Positions 6,152 to 15,065 of a DNA stretch of 43,714 nucleotides are shown piece after piece (within the stretch, counting starts at the first letter, position 1; the number at the start of each line of letters is the position of its first letter). The stretch is from a virus (taxonomy: Duplodnaviria; Caudoviricetes). The translations under genes and the position numbers were made by a program. The notes under the pieces were generated by a model. It searched no databases. It was not told the DNA's origin and saw only the letters and a list, made by a program, of their open reading frames with translations. Location: the IMG/VR virus record IMGVR_UViG_3300044508_000045, positions 1-43,714 of that record; one strand, 5' to 3'.

Positions 6152-8286
6152 TTGGCGACCCATCCGGTGTTGCCGGTCCCGGACTCCTTGACGTAGAGCG
6201 TCGTCCCGGCGCCGCCGTCCGTGCGGAGGTACAGGGACCCGACCGGCGCGCTGATGGCGGCCTCCGGGCTTCCCGCCCCCGTGCGGACGACCGGGCCGCC
6301 GCTTCCGAACCGGACCGGAGTCGCCGCCGGGAGCTCGAACTCCAGCGCGCCGGACGTTCCCGAGTGAATCACCTTCAGGGTCGCCGTCGGGTTCGTGCCG
6401 GAACCCGGCACGACCTGGAAGGACCAGGTGTCGTTCGCGCTCGCGGAACCGTTCCAGTACTTCGCGAGGAGCTGCAGCTGCGGGCTGAGCTTGTTGGCGC
6501 CCGCGTCTGCGTTGACGGCGCCGTTGAGGATCCTGACGATGGCGGTCCCCGTGCTCCCCGCCTCGTGGTTCAGGTTCAGCGTGGTCGCACCGTTCGCCCC
6601 AGTGCTCAGCGCCTGGGAGATCTTCCAGTCGTCATTGGCTCCCGCCGAGCCGGTCCAGTAGGACCCGCGAAGGCGGAATCCCTGGGATGCGTAGGTGGCC
6701 ACGTCCGTGGCAGTCCCGAAGGCCCTGGCGAGCACCGGGCCAACCGTGGTCCACGCCTGCACCTCGCGGAACTCCTGCACACCGTAGGGGAAGACCGACT
6801 TCGACCCCGCGTTCGGCGTCGAGTCGATGATGAGGTTGTTCCCGTTGTCGTCGACCGCTGCGTACTCGACAGCGGCGGGCCTCGCGTTCACGAGCAGCAT
6901 GTTCCCAGACGAGTCGGCGTCGAAGTACGCGACCGCCACGTTGTTGGCGTGCTGCGCATCCTCGACGTCGTTTCCCGCGATGAAGCAGTTGGTCGTCTTC
7001 CCGAGCTTCACGCCGTAGGCGTATCCGCCGGCCATGTTGAACCGGTTGTTGACGATCTGAGAGAACCCGGTAGAGCCGGTGACGCCCGGCGCGAACTCGA
7101 TGGGCGCCCCGTTCGCGAGGTTCGTACCGGTCGTGTGCGAGAAGAAGTTGCCGTGCACGTACAGTGACGCGACCCACTGCTGCGCGAGGATGCCCCGGCG
7201 GACGCGACCGAAGAAGTTGTTGGCCACCTCCGACGTGAACCCGTGGAACGCCATGTTCGGGTCATTCACGGTCGCCGGGTTGGTGTCCTGGCCGCCGATG
7301 ATGAGGACGTCCTGATCAGCCAGCACGCCCGACTTCGACCCGAAGAACCCGTTGTCCCGGATCGTGACGTTCGTGTTCGTGGTGAGGATGAACGGCAGCG
7401 TGCCGCCGGAGGGGTCCCAGAAGGTCAGTCCCTCCACGGTGAAGTGCCCCGCGCCGTAGGTCTCGATTTTGGCGACTGCCGGCGCAGCGCCGTTGTACGT
7501 CATCACGAGCATGGAGCCGACGAAGGGCGCCGTCGTCAGCGAGGGCTGGAAGCCGTCGCGCAGCCCACCCTCGCCGCGCCACTTGATGGGCGGTTGCCGC
7601 TGGTAGGGCCCCTCCCCTCCCGCGATGGTGACGCCGCTGGTGGGGAGCTTGATCTGCCCCGAGACGAGGTACTTGCCGCTTGGGAAGTAGAGCGTGCCCC
7701 CTCCGCGAGCGAGCAGCCGGGCGTGCGCCGCGTTGATCGCGGCGGTGTTGTCGGTGCCCGAGACGCCGTTCCAGTCGGCGACCGCCCCGAAGTCGAGGAC
7801 GTTCACCGAGTCGGCGAAGCGGTCCTTCATCTTCCGCGCCGTCGTGGCGCCACTCGCCGTCGCCTCCAACTCGTTCCCGGTGACCTCCCCGATCGCCGCC
7901 TGCGCGATCTTCAGGTCCGCATCGGCCTCGGTGATCTTGTCCCGGTCCAACTGCTGCGCCTGCATCGCGAGCTGGTCCAGGCGCCGCTCGACCGTCTTCG
8001 CCGGGAACGGCGAGTAGGCGGAGAGGCTCGTCTCCTGCGTCAGCGGCAGCGTGCGCTGGAGCCTCACCGCCACCTGGTCCGCCGGGGCGGCGAGGAACGT
8101 GACCGTCCCGCCGGGCGTCGCGTCCTGGTCAGCGTTCAGGGTCACCGTGTAGCCGCTCACCTGCTCCACGTCCGCGAGGAAGACCTCGACGTGATCCTCG
8201 TCGTAGCACTTGAACGTGCAGGCGAAGGCGACCGTCGCGCCGTCCCCCGTGTAGTCGTGCCGCGTCGTCGTGCTGGAGATCGTCAT
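6148..8286 (-). CDS. tailspike/tail fibre: T7 gp17-like N-terminal anchor plus pectate-lyase-like beta-helix (probable polysaccharide depolymerase)
   Basis: N-terminal YTGDGATVAFACTF...LQRTLPLTQ...ERRLDQLAMQAQQL; VNVLDFGAVAD...TDNTAAINAA...GGTLYFPSGKY; C-terminal GSPEAAISAPVGSLYLRTDGG...GWVAK. Confidence 0.9.
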   Translation of the reverse strand: MTISSTTTRHDYTGDGATVAFACTFKCYDEDHVEVFLADVEQVSGYTVTLNADQDATPGGTVTFLAAPADQVAVRLQRTLPLTQETSLSAYSPFPAKTVERRLDQLAMQAQQLDRDKITEADADLKIAQAAIGEVTGNELEATASGATTARKMKDRFADSVNVLDFGAVADWNGVSGTDNTAAINAAHARLLARGGGTLYFPSGKYLVSGQIKLPTSGVTIAGGEGPYQRQPPIKWRGEGGLRDGFQPSLTTAPFVGSMLVMTYNGAAPAVAKIETYGAGHFTVEGLTFWDPSGGTLPFILTTNTNVTIRDNGFFGSKSGVLADQDVLIIGGQDTNPATVNDPNMAFHGFTSEVANNFFGRVRRGILAQQWVASLYVHGNFFSHTTGTNLANGAPIEFAPGVTGSTGFSQIVNNRFNMAGGYAYGVKLGKTTNCFIAGNDVEDAQHANNVAVAYFDADSSGNMLLVNARPAAVEYAAVDDNGNNLIIDSTPNAGSKSVFPYGVQEFREVQAWTTVGPVLARAFGTATDVATYASQGFRLRGSYWTGSAGANDDWKISQALSTGANGATTLNLNHEAGSTGTAIVRILNGAVNADAGANKLSPQLQLLAKYWNGSASANDTWSFQVVPGSGTNPTATLKVIHSGTSGALEFELPAATPVRFGSGGPVVRTGAGSPEAAISAPVGSLYLRTDGGAGTTLYVKESGTGNTGWVAK
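6150..6285. repeat. direct repeat copy 1 (matches 43579..43714)
   Basis: 136 nt with one mismatch (6163 T vs 43592 C). 6164-6285 is identical to 43593-43714. Confidence 0.97.
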
Positions 8287-8289
8287 GGT

Positions 8290-8622
8290 CTACCTCTCCC
8301 CCAGGGGGCACTGCGCCTGTGGTGACGCCCGGCAGAGCGCGTCGATCTTGCGGAGCAGCATCCGGCGCGCCTCCCGCTCCTCCTGGACGTAGCTCATCAT
8401 CAGCTCGCGCGTCGGCACCATCGCCGCGAGGTGGTCGTCGATCTTCTTCTCGACCGGGCGGACCACCTCTTGCGCGGCGGCCCGCGCGACCGTGTGCCCG
8501 GCCGCAGCCACCGCGCCGGCGCCGGCGAGGATGCTCCCGATGAGAGCCAAGAGCCCCCACGCAGGACGCGCCCGACGCGAGAGCGCGCCGTCGTCGTTCT
8601 CATCGTCGTGCCGCCGGACCAT
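8290..8622 (-). CDS. single-TM coiled-coil protein of the lysis region (holin or spanin-like)
   Basis: Hydrophobic WGLLALIGSILAGAGAVAAAG, then coiled coil with a C-terminal Cys pair. Confidence 0.55.
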   Translation of the reverse strand: MVRRHDDENDDGALSRRARPAWGLLALIGSILAGAGAVAAAGHTVARAAAQEVVRPVEKKIDDHLAAMVPTRELMMSYVQEEREARRMLLRKIDALCRASPQAQCPLGER

Positions 8623-8625
8623 GCG

Positions 8626-8964
8626 TCACCGCCTCCAGATCTTCGCGCCGAGGTAGAGCCCCCCGGCGAGGCCGACCGTCACCGAGATCCCGCCGATGAC
8701 CAGGACCGGCCGCCAGCCGCCCGGGGGCGGCCCCGCCTCGAGCTGGCGCAGGCAGGCGTCGCGCTGGGCCTCCACCCACGTGAGCCGCGCCTCGTCGTAC
8801 CTGGCCCACGGGGGCGTCGCGAGGAGCCCGGCCGCGGGAGCCGGCTCTCCCTGCCGCAGGATCGGGCGCTGGCCCGGAGGAGGCGACGGCGGCCCTTCCG
8901 CCGCCCGCGCTGGACCCACCACCAGGGCCGCCGCCACCGCCAGGGAGAGGAGGGAGCGCGTCAC
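8626..8964 (-). CDS. signal-peptide protein with C-terminal TM anchor (spanin-like candidate)
   Basis: GTG 8964 overlaps the upstream TGA. MTRSLLSLAVAAALVVGPARA-AEG signal; C-terminal VLVIGGISVTVGLAGGLYLG-KIWRR. Confidence 0.6.
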   Translation of the reverse strand: MTRSLLSLAVAAALVVGPARAAEGPPSPPPGQRPILRQGEPAPAAGLLATPPWARYDEARLTWVEAQRDACLRQLEAGPPPGGWRPVLVIGGISVTVGLAGGLYLGAKIWRR

Positions 8965-9329
8965 GGAGCCTCCGCAGGCCAGGCCGGGAGCGGGACCGTC
9001 TGGCCCGCGAGCGCGTGCGTGCAATCGGCCAGGAAGCGGATCTTCCCATCCTCCAAGAACGAGTGGCAGCGCCCGCACGTGAACGGCGCGGGCTCACTCG
9101 GGTGCGCCGCGTTGTAGGTGCACCAGCAGGATCCGCCGTCATGATCCGGGAGGTGATGCCCGGAACGAACGAGCAGCGACGGGGTGAACGTCGGCGCGTC
9201 GGCGCTGCCGTTCCACCTCCACCCGGCAGGGCTCACGTCGATGACGTGAGAGGACGCGCAGCCGGGGCACCAGATGGCGACCCGGTCCTCGCTGGTGCGC
9301 CGGAGGATCGGAGAGAGCTGCTCGCCCAT
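8961..9329 (-). CDS. DUF6527-like Cys/His-rich protein
   Basis: WCPGC...H...WRWNGSADAPTFTPSLLV...RCHSFLEDGKIRFLADCTHALAGQTVPLP, recognised from memory as a conserved phage family. Confidence 0.75.
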   Translation of the reverse strand: MGEQLSPILRRTSEDRVAIWCPGCASSHVIDVSPAGWRWNGSADAPTFTPSLLVRSGHHLPDHDGGSCWCTYNAAHPSEPAPFTCGRCHSFLEDGKIRFLADCTHALAGQTVPLPAWPAEAP

Positions 9330-9877
9330 CACGTCACCGGCTTGTCGAGGCGCTCGCGGAGCTGCTCCAGGGTCGCGTCGGCCGGGAGCGGCTGCGCCGT
9401 CGTCGCCGCCTCGGCGTCGACCGCCTTGCTCACGTCGCCCCAGATCAGGCGCCGCACGCCGACCCAGCCGCCGATGGAAGTCAGGCCGAAGAGGACCCCG
9501 TCGATGACCAGCTTCGGCGTGATGCTCGCGCCGCCGGCGAGCGCCGGGACCAGGGTGCCGGTGAAGCCCAGGACCAGCGCCAGCGTGGCGCCGCCGCGCG
9601 CCGTGCCGAGCCAGGGCCAGACCTTGGCGCCGTACTTCTTCGCCGCCCAGGTGACGCCGATCGCCACGAGTACCGCCAGGCCGCGCCAGTCGCCCCCCTG
9701 GATCGCCGCCACGATCGCGAGCAGGAACGAGCTCGGGTCTGCGCCCGGGTCCGGGGTCTGCCCGAAGACGACGACGGGGGTGAGCAGGACGAAGGCGACG
9801 ATGAGGGCGATGACGCCGGCGTAGCGCCAGGCGGAGCGCAGGTGGGTCGGGGGCGGTTCGGCGAGCATGCGGCTCAT
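9329..9877 (-). CDS. multi-TM membrane protein, probable holin
   Basis: AAAGGA RBS, about four hydrophobic segments, charged C-terminus, directly after the endolysin. Confidence 0.65.
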   Translation of the reverse strand: MSRMLAEPPPTHLRSAWRYAGVIALIVAFVLLTPVVVFGQTPDPGADPSSFLLAIVAAIQGGDWRGLAVLVAIGVTWAAKKYGAKVWPWLGTARGGATLALVLGFTGTLVPALAGGASITPKLVIDGVLFGLTSIGGWVGVRRLIWGDVSKAVDAEAATTAQPLPADATLEQLRERLDKPVT

Positions 9878-9918
9878 GGGGTGGTCCTTTCGGTGCCGGC
9901 TCCCCGCCGGCGGGGAAG

Positions 9919-10296
9919 TCAGCGGCGCGCGGGCGCCTTCGGATCCAGCTCCACGTGAAAGTGAGGCCCCCAGCCCACCGGGGCCGGATCGCGGATCGGC
10001 TTGCGCTCGTCCACCACGTCGCAGTGGGGGCCGAGCGCCCGGCGGAGGTCGTCGAGCACCAGGTCGTCGAGGTCGTCCCCATCGACCAGCGGCCGGACGA
10101 CCCGCTCGCACGCGCTCGGCAGCCGGACGTCCAGCGCCAGCCCCTCGTCGTGGAGGCTGTTCGGGTTCGGGCCGCGGACGACGGAGGTGATCGCGGCGTC
10201 GAGGCCATGCCGCGCGTAGACCGAGTCGATGACGACCGCGACGAGCACCGTCTCCGGCCGCACGCCGCGGAGCTGCATGACGGGGGCGAGCTTCAT
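9919..10296 (-). CDS. endolysin, peptidase M15 family
   Basis: ITSVVR...SLHDEGLALDVR...HFHVE, the H-x6-D...HxH zinc motif of M15 peptidases. Confidence 0.8.
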   Translation of the reverse strand: MKLAPVMQLRGVRPETVLVAVVIDSVYARHGLDAAITSVVRGPNPNSLHDEGLALDVRLPSACERVVRPLVDGDDLDDLVLDDLRRALGPHCDVVDERKPIRDPAPVGWGPHFHVELDPKAPARR

Positions 10297-10299
10297 CGG

Positions 10300-11115
10300 T
10301 CAGGTCTCCGCGTAGGCTTGCTCCGCGTACTCGGCCATCTTGGCGCGCAGTTGGTCGTGCAGCCCCGGGTTCAGGCTGCGGTTGAAGTACTCCGGCCGGC
10401 CCCGGATCTCGGCCATGCGCTGGGAGGCCTCCGCCGGCGTCAAGCGCCCCGGGACCCCCTGCCCCTGCCCGCCCACCTCGGCCCGCTCGCCGAAGCCCTT
10501 AGCGATGGCGGCGAACGCTCCGAAGAGCTTCGCGTCCACCGCTCCGGCGCGGATGTCCTGGACAAGCGCCGCCGGGAAGCCGAGCTTCTCGGCCGCCGCC
10601 GCTGCCGCGGTCGTGCGCTCCTCGTAGGCCGCGCCGAGCTCGCGCTTCAGGACGGCCTGCGCCTCCCGGCGCGACTGGGACACCTTCCCGATCTCGGCCG
10701 CGGCCCGCTTCGCCCTGGCGGCGAACTGACCCTTCGTCAGACCTTCCTCGACCGCCTGGATGCGCAGCGCGTCGACCACCTCGGGGGGCAGTTCGAGGTC
10801 CTTCGGCGCCTCGTAGCCCTTGGCGTCCGCCGGCCGGCCCAGCTTGGACCAGATCGAGCCCTCCACTTCGCCCCGGGCCTTCTCGTCCTCCGGGACCATG
10901 ACGAGCTCGGGAGCCGCCTTCTGGAGCCGCTCGACGAAGGCCTTCCGGTCCTCCGGCTTCGCCTCCGGGCCGGGCACCCGGATCGACGACCCGAGCGCGC
11001 TCTTCGAGTCCTTGGCGACCTTCGCCAGGGTGGCGACGTCCGGGATGTCCTTGAACATCGGCTCGGCGCGGAGATCCTCGGGCAGCTGCGTCTTCCAATC
11101 GGTCGCTTCGCTCAT
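10300..11115 (-). CDS. capsid scaffolding protein
   Basis: DWKTQLPEDLR...KLGRPADAKGYE...LTPAEA...H pattern, helical, downstream of the portal. Confidence 0.8.
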   Translation of the reverse strand: MSEATDWKTQLPEDLRAEPMFKDIPDVATLAKVAKDSKSALGSSIRVPGPEAKPEDRKAFVERLQKAAPELVMVPEDEKARGEVEGSIWSKLGRPADAKGYEAPKDLELPPEVVDALRIQAVEEGLTKGQFAARAKRAAAEIGKVSQSRREAQAVLKRELGAAYEERTTAAAAAAEKLGFPAALVQDIRAGAVDAKLFGAFAAIAKGFGERAEVGGQGQGVPGRLTPAEASQRMAEIRGRPEYFNRSLNPGLHDQLRAKMAEYAEQAYAET

Positions 11116-11357
11116 CGGTCGGGCTCCTCGTGGTCGCGGACCCATCGGAGGTAGGTGACTGCCTCGCGGGATCCGACGTTGATCAGGGTCCGGTCGGTCG
11201 TCTGGCCGACCAGCTCGCGGTCGTACTTCGCCTCCAGCATCTGCAGCATCAGCTTCCCGTCCTCGGTCTTCAGGACGCGCCGCGTGGCGTCACGGCGCTC
11301 GCGCCCTACGCGCTTGCGCCTCTCCTCGGCTTCCTGCTTCCTGGCGTCGTCGGTCAT
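11112..11357 (-). CDS. small protein between portal and scaffold (BPP-1 Bbp19-like)
   Basis: VLKTEDGKLMLQML...NVGSREAVTYL motif and conserved position. Confidence 0.7.
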   Translation of the reverse strand: MTDDARKQEAEERRKRVGRERRDATRRVLKTEDGKLMLQMLEAKYDRELVGQTTDRTLINVGSREAVTYLRWVRDHEEPDR

Positions 11358-11364
11358 GGCGGTC

Positions 11365-13110
11365 TCAGAAGGGGAGCGTCGGGGAGACGACGGGGTTCGG
11401 CTGGGCTGGCATCGGTGTGGTCACGCCGCCGGCTGCACCCGCCGCCGCGGCGGCCTGCTCGATGGCCTCGCCCTCGGCCCGAGCCGCCTCGGCCTGCGCC
11501 ATCCGCTCGGCGAACTGCGCCTCTGCCGCCGCGGCGCTCCGGGCCTCGGACTCCGACGACAGCACCGAGTCCGGCACGCCGAGCCGCTCGAAGGCCTCCC
11601 GCATAGCCTGGACGGGCTTGAAAGCGTGCTTCACCTTCGCCTCGAACGCGGGGCTCATCTTCATCAGGCCGGCCGCGAAGGCGGCGCCGCGCTCGATGGC
11701 GGCCACCTCGTCCATGCGGCGAGCTCGCGCCGTGGGGCCGAGGTAGACGAAGTTGAACTCCTCGCCCTTCTGGAGGACGGACGGCGGCGCCTTCGGGAAG
11801 CGGCCGGCGCGGAACATGGAGCGGTAGCCCGACAGGAGCATCTGGTCGAGCACCTCGCTCTGGATCCGCCCCGTGTTGGGGCCGAGGAGCCGCAGGGCGC
11901 GGTCGAGCCGGCCCGTGAACTCCGTCGCCGTCATCTGCGGCGAGTCCTTCAGGTCGAGCTGATCGCTCTTCAGGATGCGCCCGATGGCGAGACGCTGGTC
12001 CATGAGGAGCTGCGTCGCGACATCGAACTGGCCGGCGGACTGGAGCACCTTCAGGTCCTCGATCGACCGGACCTGGATGATCCCCTTCGGCTTGAACTCC
12101 ACGTCCCCGACGATCCCGTCCTCCGTCGTCAGGATGGGCGGCTGCACGGCGAGCGCGCCCTCGGTGAGCGTGAGCTCGAGCCAGGCGTTGACGAACTTCG
12201 CCGGCGAGAGGACCAGGTGCCCGAGCCCCACCGACCACCGGGACCCAGGGTTGCGGTCCCAGCTCGCCAGGAAGACGGGCTGCTCGTAGGACCCGCCCTC
12301 CTCGCCGATCCGCTCGCAGGTCTGCTTGAGGAAGTAGACCGTGCCGTAGGGTCGCAGGCTCGGGATCGCGTTCAGGTCCGGAACCGGCTTGCGGAGGATG
12401 TCCGGGCGCTCGAAGACGCAGAAGAGCACCTCGAGGGGGTCGAGGCCGCTGCCGCTCTCGATGCGGTCCCTGATGTGCTTGGGGGCATCGGCGATCGTCC
12501 CGCCGTGTTTCTCGATGTGGTCGACGATCTGGACCGGGGTCCACGAGAGCTCGCGCCACCAGGTCTTGATGCCGCGCCGGCTGGTCGCCTCGTACTCGCA
12601 CTCGTCGGCGGAGATCGCCGTGAAGTCGAACCCGCCCCACCGGCCGGCGTAGCCCTCGAGGACCTCCTGCGTGATGAAGACGTCGCCCTGGCCGAGGACC
12701 TCGGGGTAGGCGCTGGCCATCTCCGCCTGGAAGTCGCTCTCCTCGTAGGCCTGCCAGAGTTGGCGCGCGTTGTCGGCGATCCACTCGCGGGCTTCCTTCT
12801 GGCGCGAGAGCTCCTTGTCCTGAAACGCCCCGCCGAACCACTGCACGCCGTGCGGCGTCATCGAACCGTGGAGCCAGGCCGCGAGCTTCGCCAAGTCGTT
12901 CGGAGCCGTCGAGTCCCACCGGTCCGGGTTGCGCCACGTCGCGGAGCTCTCGCTCTTCGCCCCGTCAGTCACCAGGCGGATCCGGGGCATCACGTACTTC
13001 TCGATCTCCGCCCGCACCGCGCGCGCGTTGGAGCTCTGGCTGCGCAGTTCGTCGAACCGGCGCTTCAGCTTCGGTAGGTCGACGGTCGGGGACTGGGCCA
13101 CTTGGGGCAT
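11365..13110 (-). CDS. portal (head-to-tail connector), T7 gp8-like podovirus type
   Basis: 581 aa. WDSTAPNDLAKLAAWLHGSMTP...WF and QMTATEF...LLGP...RIQSEVL motifs. Follows the terminase. Confidence 0.92.
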   Translation of the reverse strand: MPQVAQSPTVDLPKLKRRFDELRSQSSNARAVRAEIEKYVMPRIRLVTDGAKSESSATWRNPDRWDSTAPNDLAKLAAWLHGSMTPHGVQWFGGAFQDKELSRQKEAREWIADNARQLWQAYEESDFQAEMASAYPEVLGQGDVFITQEVLEGYAGRWGGFDFTAISADECEYEATSRRGIKTWWRELSWTPVQIVDHIEKHGGTIADAPKHIRDRIESGSGLDPLEVLFCVFERPDILRKPVPDLNAIPSLRPYGTVYFLKQTCERIGEEGGSYEQPVFLASWDRNPGSRWSVGLGHLVLSPAKFVNAWLELTLTEGALAVQPPILTTEDGIVGDVEFKPKGIIQVRSIEDLKVLQSAGQFDVATQLLMDQRLAIGRILKSDQLDLKDSPQMTATEFTGRLDRALRLLGPNTGRIQSEVLDQMLLSGYRSMFRAGRFPKAPPSVLQKGEEFNFVYLGPTARARRMDEVAAIERGAAFAAGLMKMSPAFEAKVKHAFKPVQAMREAFERLGVPDSVLSSESEARSAAAAEAQFAERMAQAEAARAEGEAIEQAAAAAGAAGGVTTPMPAQPNPVVSPTLPF

Positions 13111-13116
13111 GCGCGG

Positions 13117-13138
13117 AGTCTCGCGCCAGGCTGGGACA
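13117..13138 (-). promoter_or_regulatory. putative late promoter (portal), leaderless
   Basis: TGTCCCAG-cctggcgc-GAGACT, then 6 nt to ATG. Confidence 0.65.
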
Positions 13139-13146
13139 GGCCGCGG

Positions 13147-14595
13147 TCAGCGCCCGGGGGCATCCATGACGATCGGTGTGCGCATCGCGGCGAGCACGAC
13201 GGCGTCGCCGCGGTCTGGTGAGCGTCCGAGGCGCTTCTTGATCTCGGCCTTCTCCTCGACCTGGATGCCTCGCGCGCCGACCCGGTACCGGGGCGCCGTC
13301 AGGTCGGCGAAGAGCCGCTGGTCGGGCGGAAGCGCGACCTTCGCGGCGCGCTCGGGGGCGAGCGCCTCGCGCATGCGCCACCAGGACTCAGCCCTCCGGT
13401 TCACGAAGCCGAGCTTTCCAGAGAGGTCCTTGCCCTCGGTCGCGGCCGAACCGTTGACGCCGATCGCGCGCTGCCCGATGAACGCCTCGAGATGGTCGAA
13501 GGCGCTCGCCCCGACGCCGATCACGTCCACGTGCACCGGCGCCACGTCGCCGGCGACGTCGAGCGTCCGCTTCGCGATGGCGCCGCCGGTGAGCTCTCCG
13601 CCTCCCGCGGCCTTCACCAGGACGAGCTCGTCGAACCGCCAACCTCGGCGCGCGGCGATCGGAGCCTCGTCCCCGCCACGGGAAGGGTCCACGCCGACGC
13701 TCGTCACCTGGCCCGGGTCGGGCTCCGGCTTCCAGCGTGCCTGGGCGGCCTTCACCCACGCGCTCGGAATGACCTGCCAGTCGTCATCCTTCCGGCCTGC
13801 GGTGAAGTCGCCCATGAGCATCTGCGAGCGGAGCGGCTCCGGCAGCGCCTGCAGCTGGCGCACGTAGTTCGTGCCCATCAGGTACCGGTTGTCGGCGACG
13901 CGGGACGGGATGAAGGTGCGGCTGAGTGGCTGGATGCGCTCGCCTCGGTGCAGGAACGGCTCGGGGCCGTCCACCCACTGCTCCGCGGCGTCGCCGCCCT
14001 CGTCGGTGAGCATCGCCACCCACCGGAGCTCGCCCGGCATCGCCGGCCGCGGGAAGGACTGGTCGAGCCACGGAGCGAACCAGCGGATCAGCCACTCGCC
14101 TTCGGCCGAGGTGGGGGGATTCGAGCAGAGCAGCGCCCGCACTCGCTGCTTCGGGTCGGTCGTGCGGAGCCAGCCGAGCAGGAAGCGAGCCTGGCTCTCC
14201 AGGAGCTGCGCCGCCTCCTCGAGCACGCCCAGGTCGCGCGGGTTGCCCTGGTACTTCTCCTCGTCGCCGGCGTTGGGCACCCCGCCGAACTGGATCTGCC
14301 GCCCCTGCGGCAGCCGCCAGATCCTCTCCTGGCCGTTGTAGCCGTCGCGGCCGCGCAGCACCTCCGCCACGCGATCGACGACCGGCTGCAACTGCGTCGC
14401 CTCGCGCCGGATGTACAGCGTGCGCCGGTGCCGCGTCAGCGCAAGGCCGACGGCGAGGTCGGTCTTGCCTCCGCCGGCGGAGCCCCCGTAGAGCAGTTGG
14501 TCCGCGTCACAGAGGAACGCCCGGAGCTGCGGGCCCGGCTGCGGCTTCCAGGGGGTGTCGTTGGCGAGCCGGGAGAGCTTCGCTCGATCGCTCAC
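13147..14595 (-). CDS. terL: terminase large subunit
   Basis: Walker A YGGSAGGGKT, Walker B GVLEEA, SNPP coupling motif, nuclease GVDPSRGGD...SPDRGDA. Confidence 0.95.
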   Translation of the reverse strand: MSDRAKLSRLANDTPWKPQPGPQLRAFLCDADQLLYGGSAGGGKTDLAVGLALTRHRRTLYIRREATQLQPVVDRVAEVLRGRDGYNGQERIWRLPQGRQIQFGGVPNAGDEEKYQGNPRDLGVLEEAAQLLESQARFLLGWLRTTDPKQRVRALLCSNPPTSAEGEWLIRWFAPWLDQSFPRPAMPGELRWVAMLTDEGGDAAEQWVDGPEPFLHRGERIQPLSRTFIPSRVADNRYLMGTNYVRQLQALPEPLRSQMLMGDFTAGRKDDDWQVIPSAWVKAAQARWKPEPDPGQVTSVGVDPSRGGDEAPIAARRGWRFDELVLVKAAGGGELTGGAIAKRTLDVAGDVAPVHVDVIGVGASAFDHLEAFIGQRAIGVNGSAATEGKDLSGKLGFVNRRAESWWRMREALAPERAAKVALPPDQRLFADLTAPRYRVGARGIQVEEKAEIKKRLGRSPDRGDAVVLAAMRTPIVMDAPGR

Positions 14596-15065
14596 GCGTC
14601 CCCCGCGCCGACATAGCGCGGTGGCGCGTGCGGGCGGCGACGCCGCTGCAGGACCCGCTGCGGCGCTCGCGCCATCGCCTCACCGTGCTCGGCGATCACG
14701 TCCGAGAGGTCCACGTTCTTATCGACGTCGGGCTCGTCAGGGCCGGGCACGATCCCGAGGTCCTCGGCTCGGAAGTCGCGGCGGTGCTTCGGCCGCACCA
14801 GGAGCCGCAGCCGGGAGACGACGACCCTCGCGCGCGCGCCATGCACGAACACCTGCGCCACCGGGAGCTGGCCGCGGCTCCACCCGTCGACGTAGATCCG
14901 GACCTCGCCCTCTGCGTGCCCCGGGAACGCCTGTTCGGGGTCGTCGGCGTTGAACCGGATCGCCGTCGCCGACAGGTTCAGGTGGTCGAGCACCAGGCCG
15001 AGCGCCCGCACCGCGAGACGCCGCGGGTAGAGCTGCTCCGGCGGCACGGGCGCGGGCCTACGCAC
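14592..15065 (-). CDS. hypothetical protein between terminase subunits
   Basis: Overlaps both neighbours by a few nt; no recognisable motif. Confidence 0.6.
   Translation of the reverse strand: MRRPAPVPPEQLYPRRLAVRALGLVLDHLNLSATAIRFNADDPEQAFPGHAEGEVRIYVDGWSRGQLPVAQVFVHGARARVVVSRLRLLVRPKHRRDFRAEDLGIVPGPDEPDVDKNVDLSDVIAEHGEAMARAPQRVLQRRRRPHAPPRYVGAGDA

Noticed and set aside
8961-9329. Auxiliary metabolic gene (this family is sometimes labelled ammonia monooxygenase or dehydrogenase)
   Set aside because: Small soluble Cys/His protein with no resemblance to membrane-bound AMO subunits; the label is not supportable.
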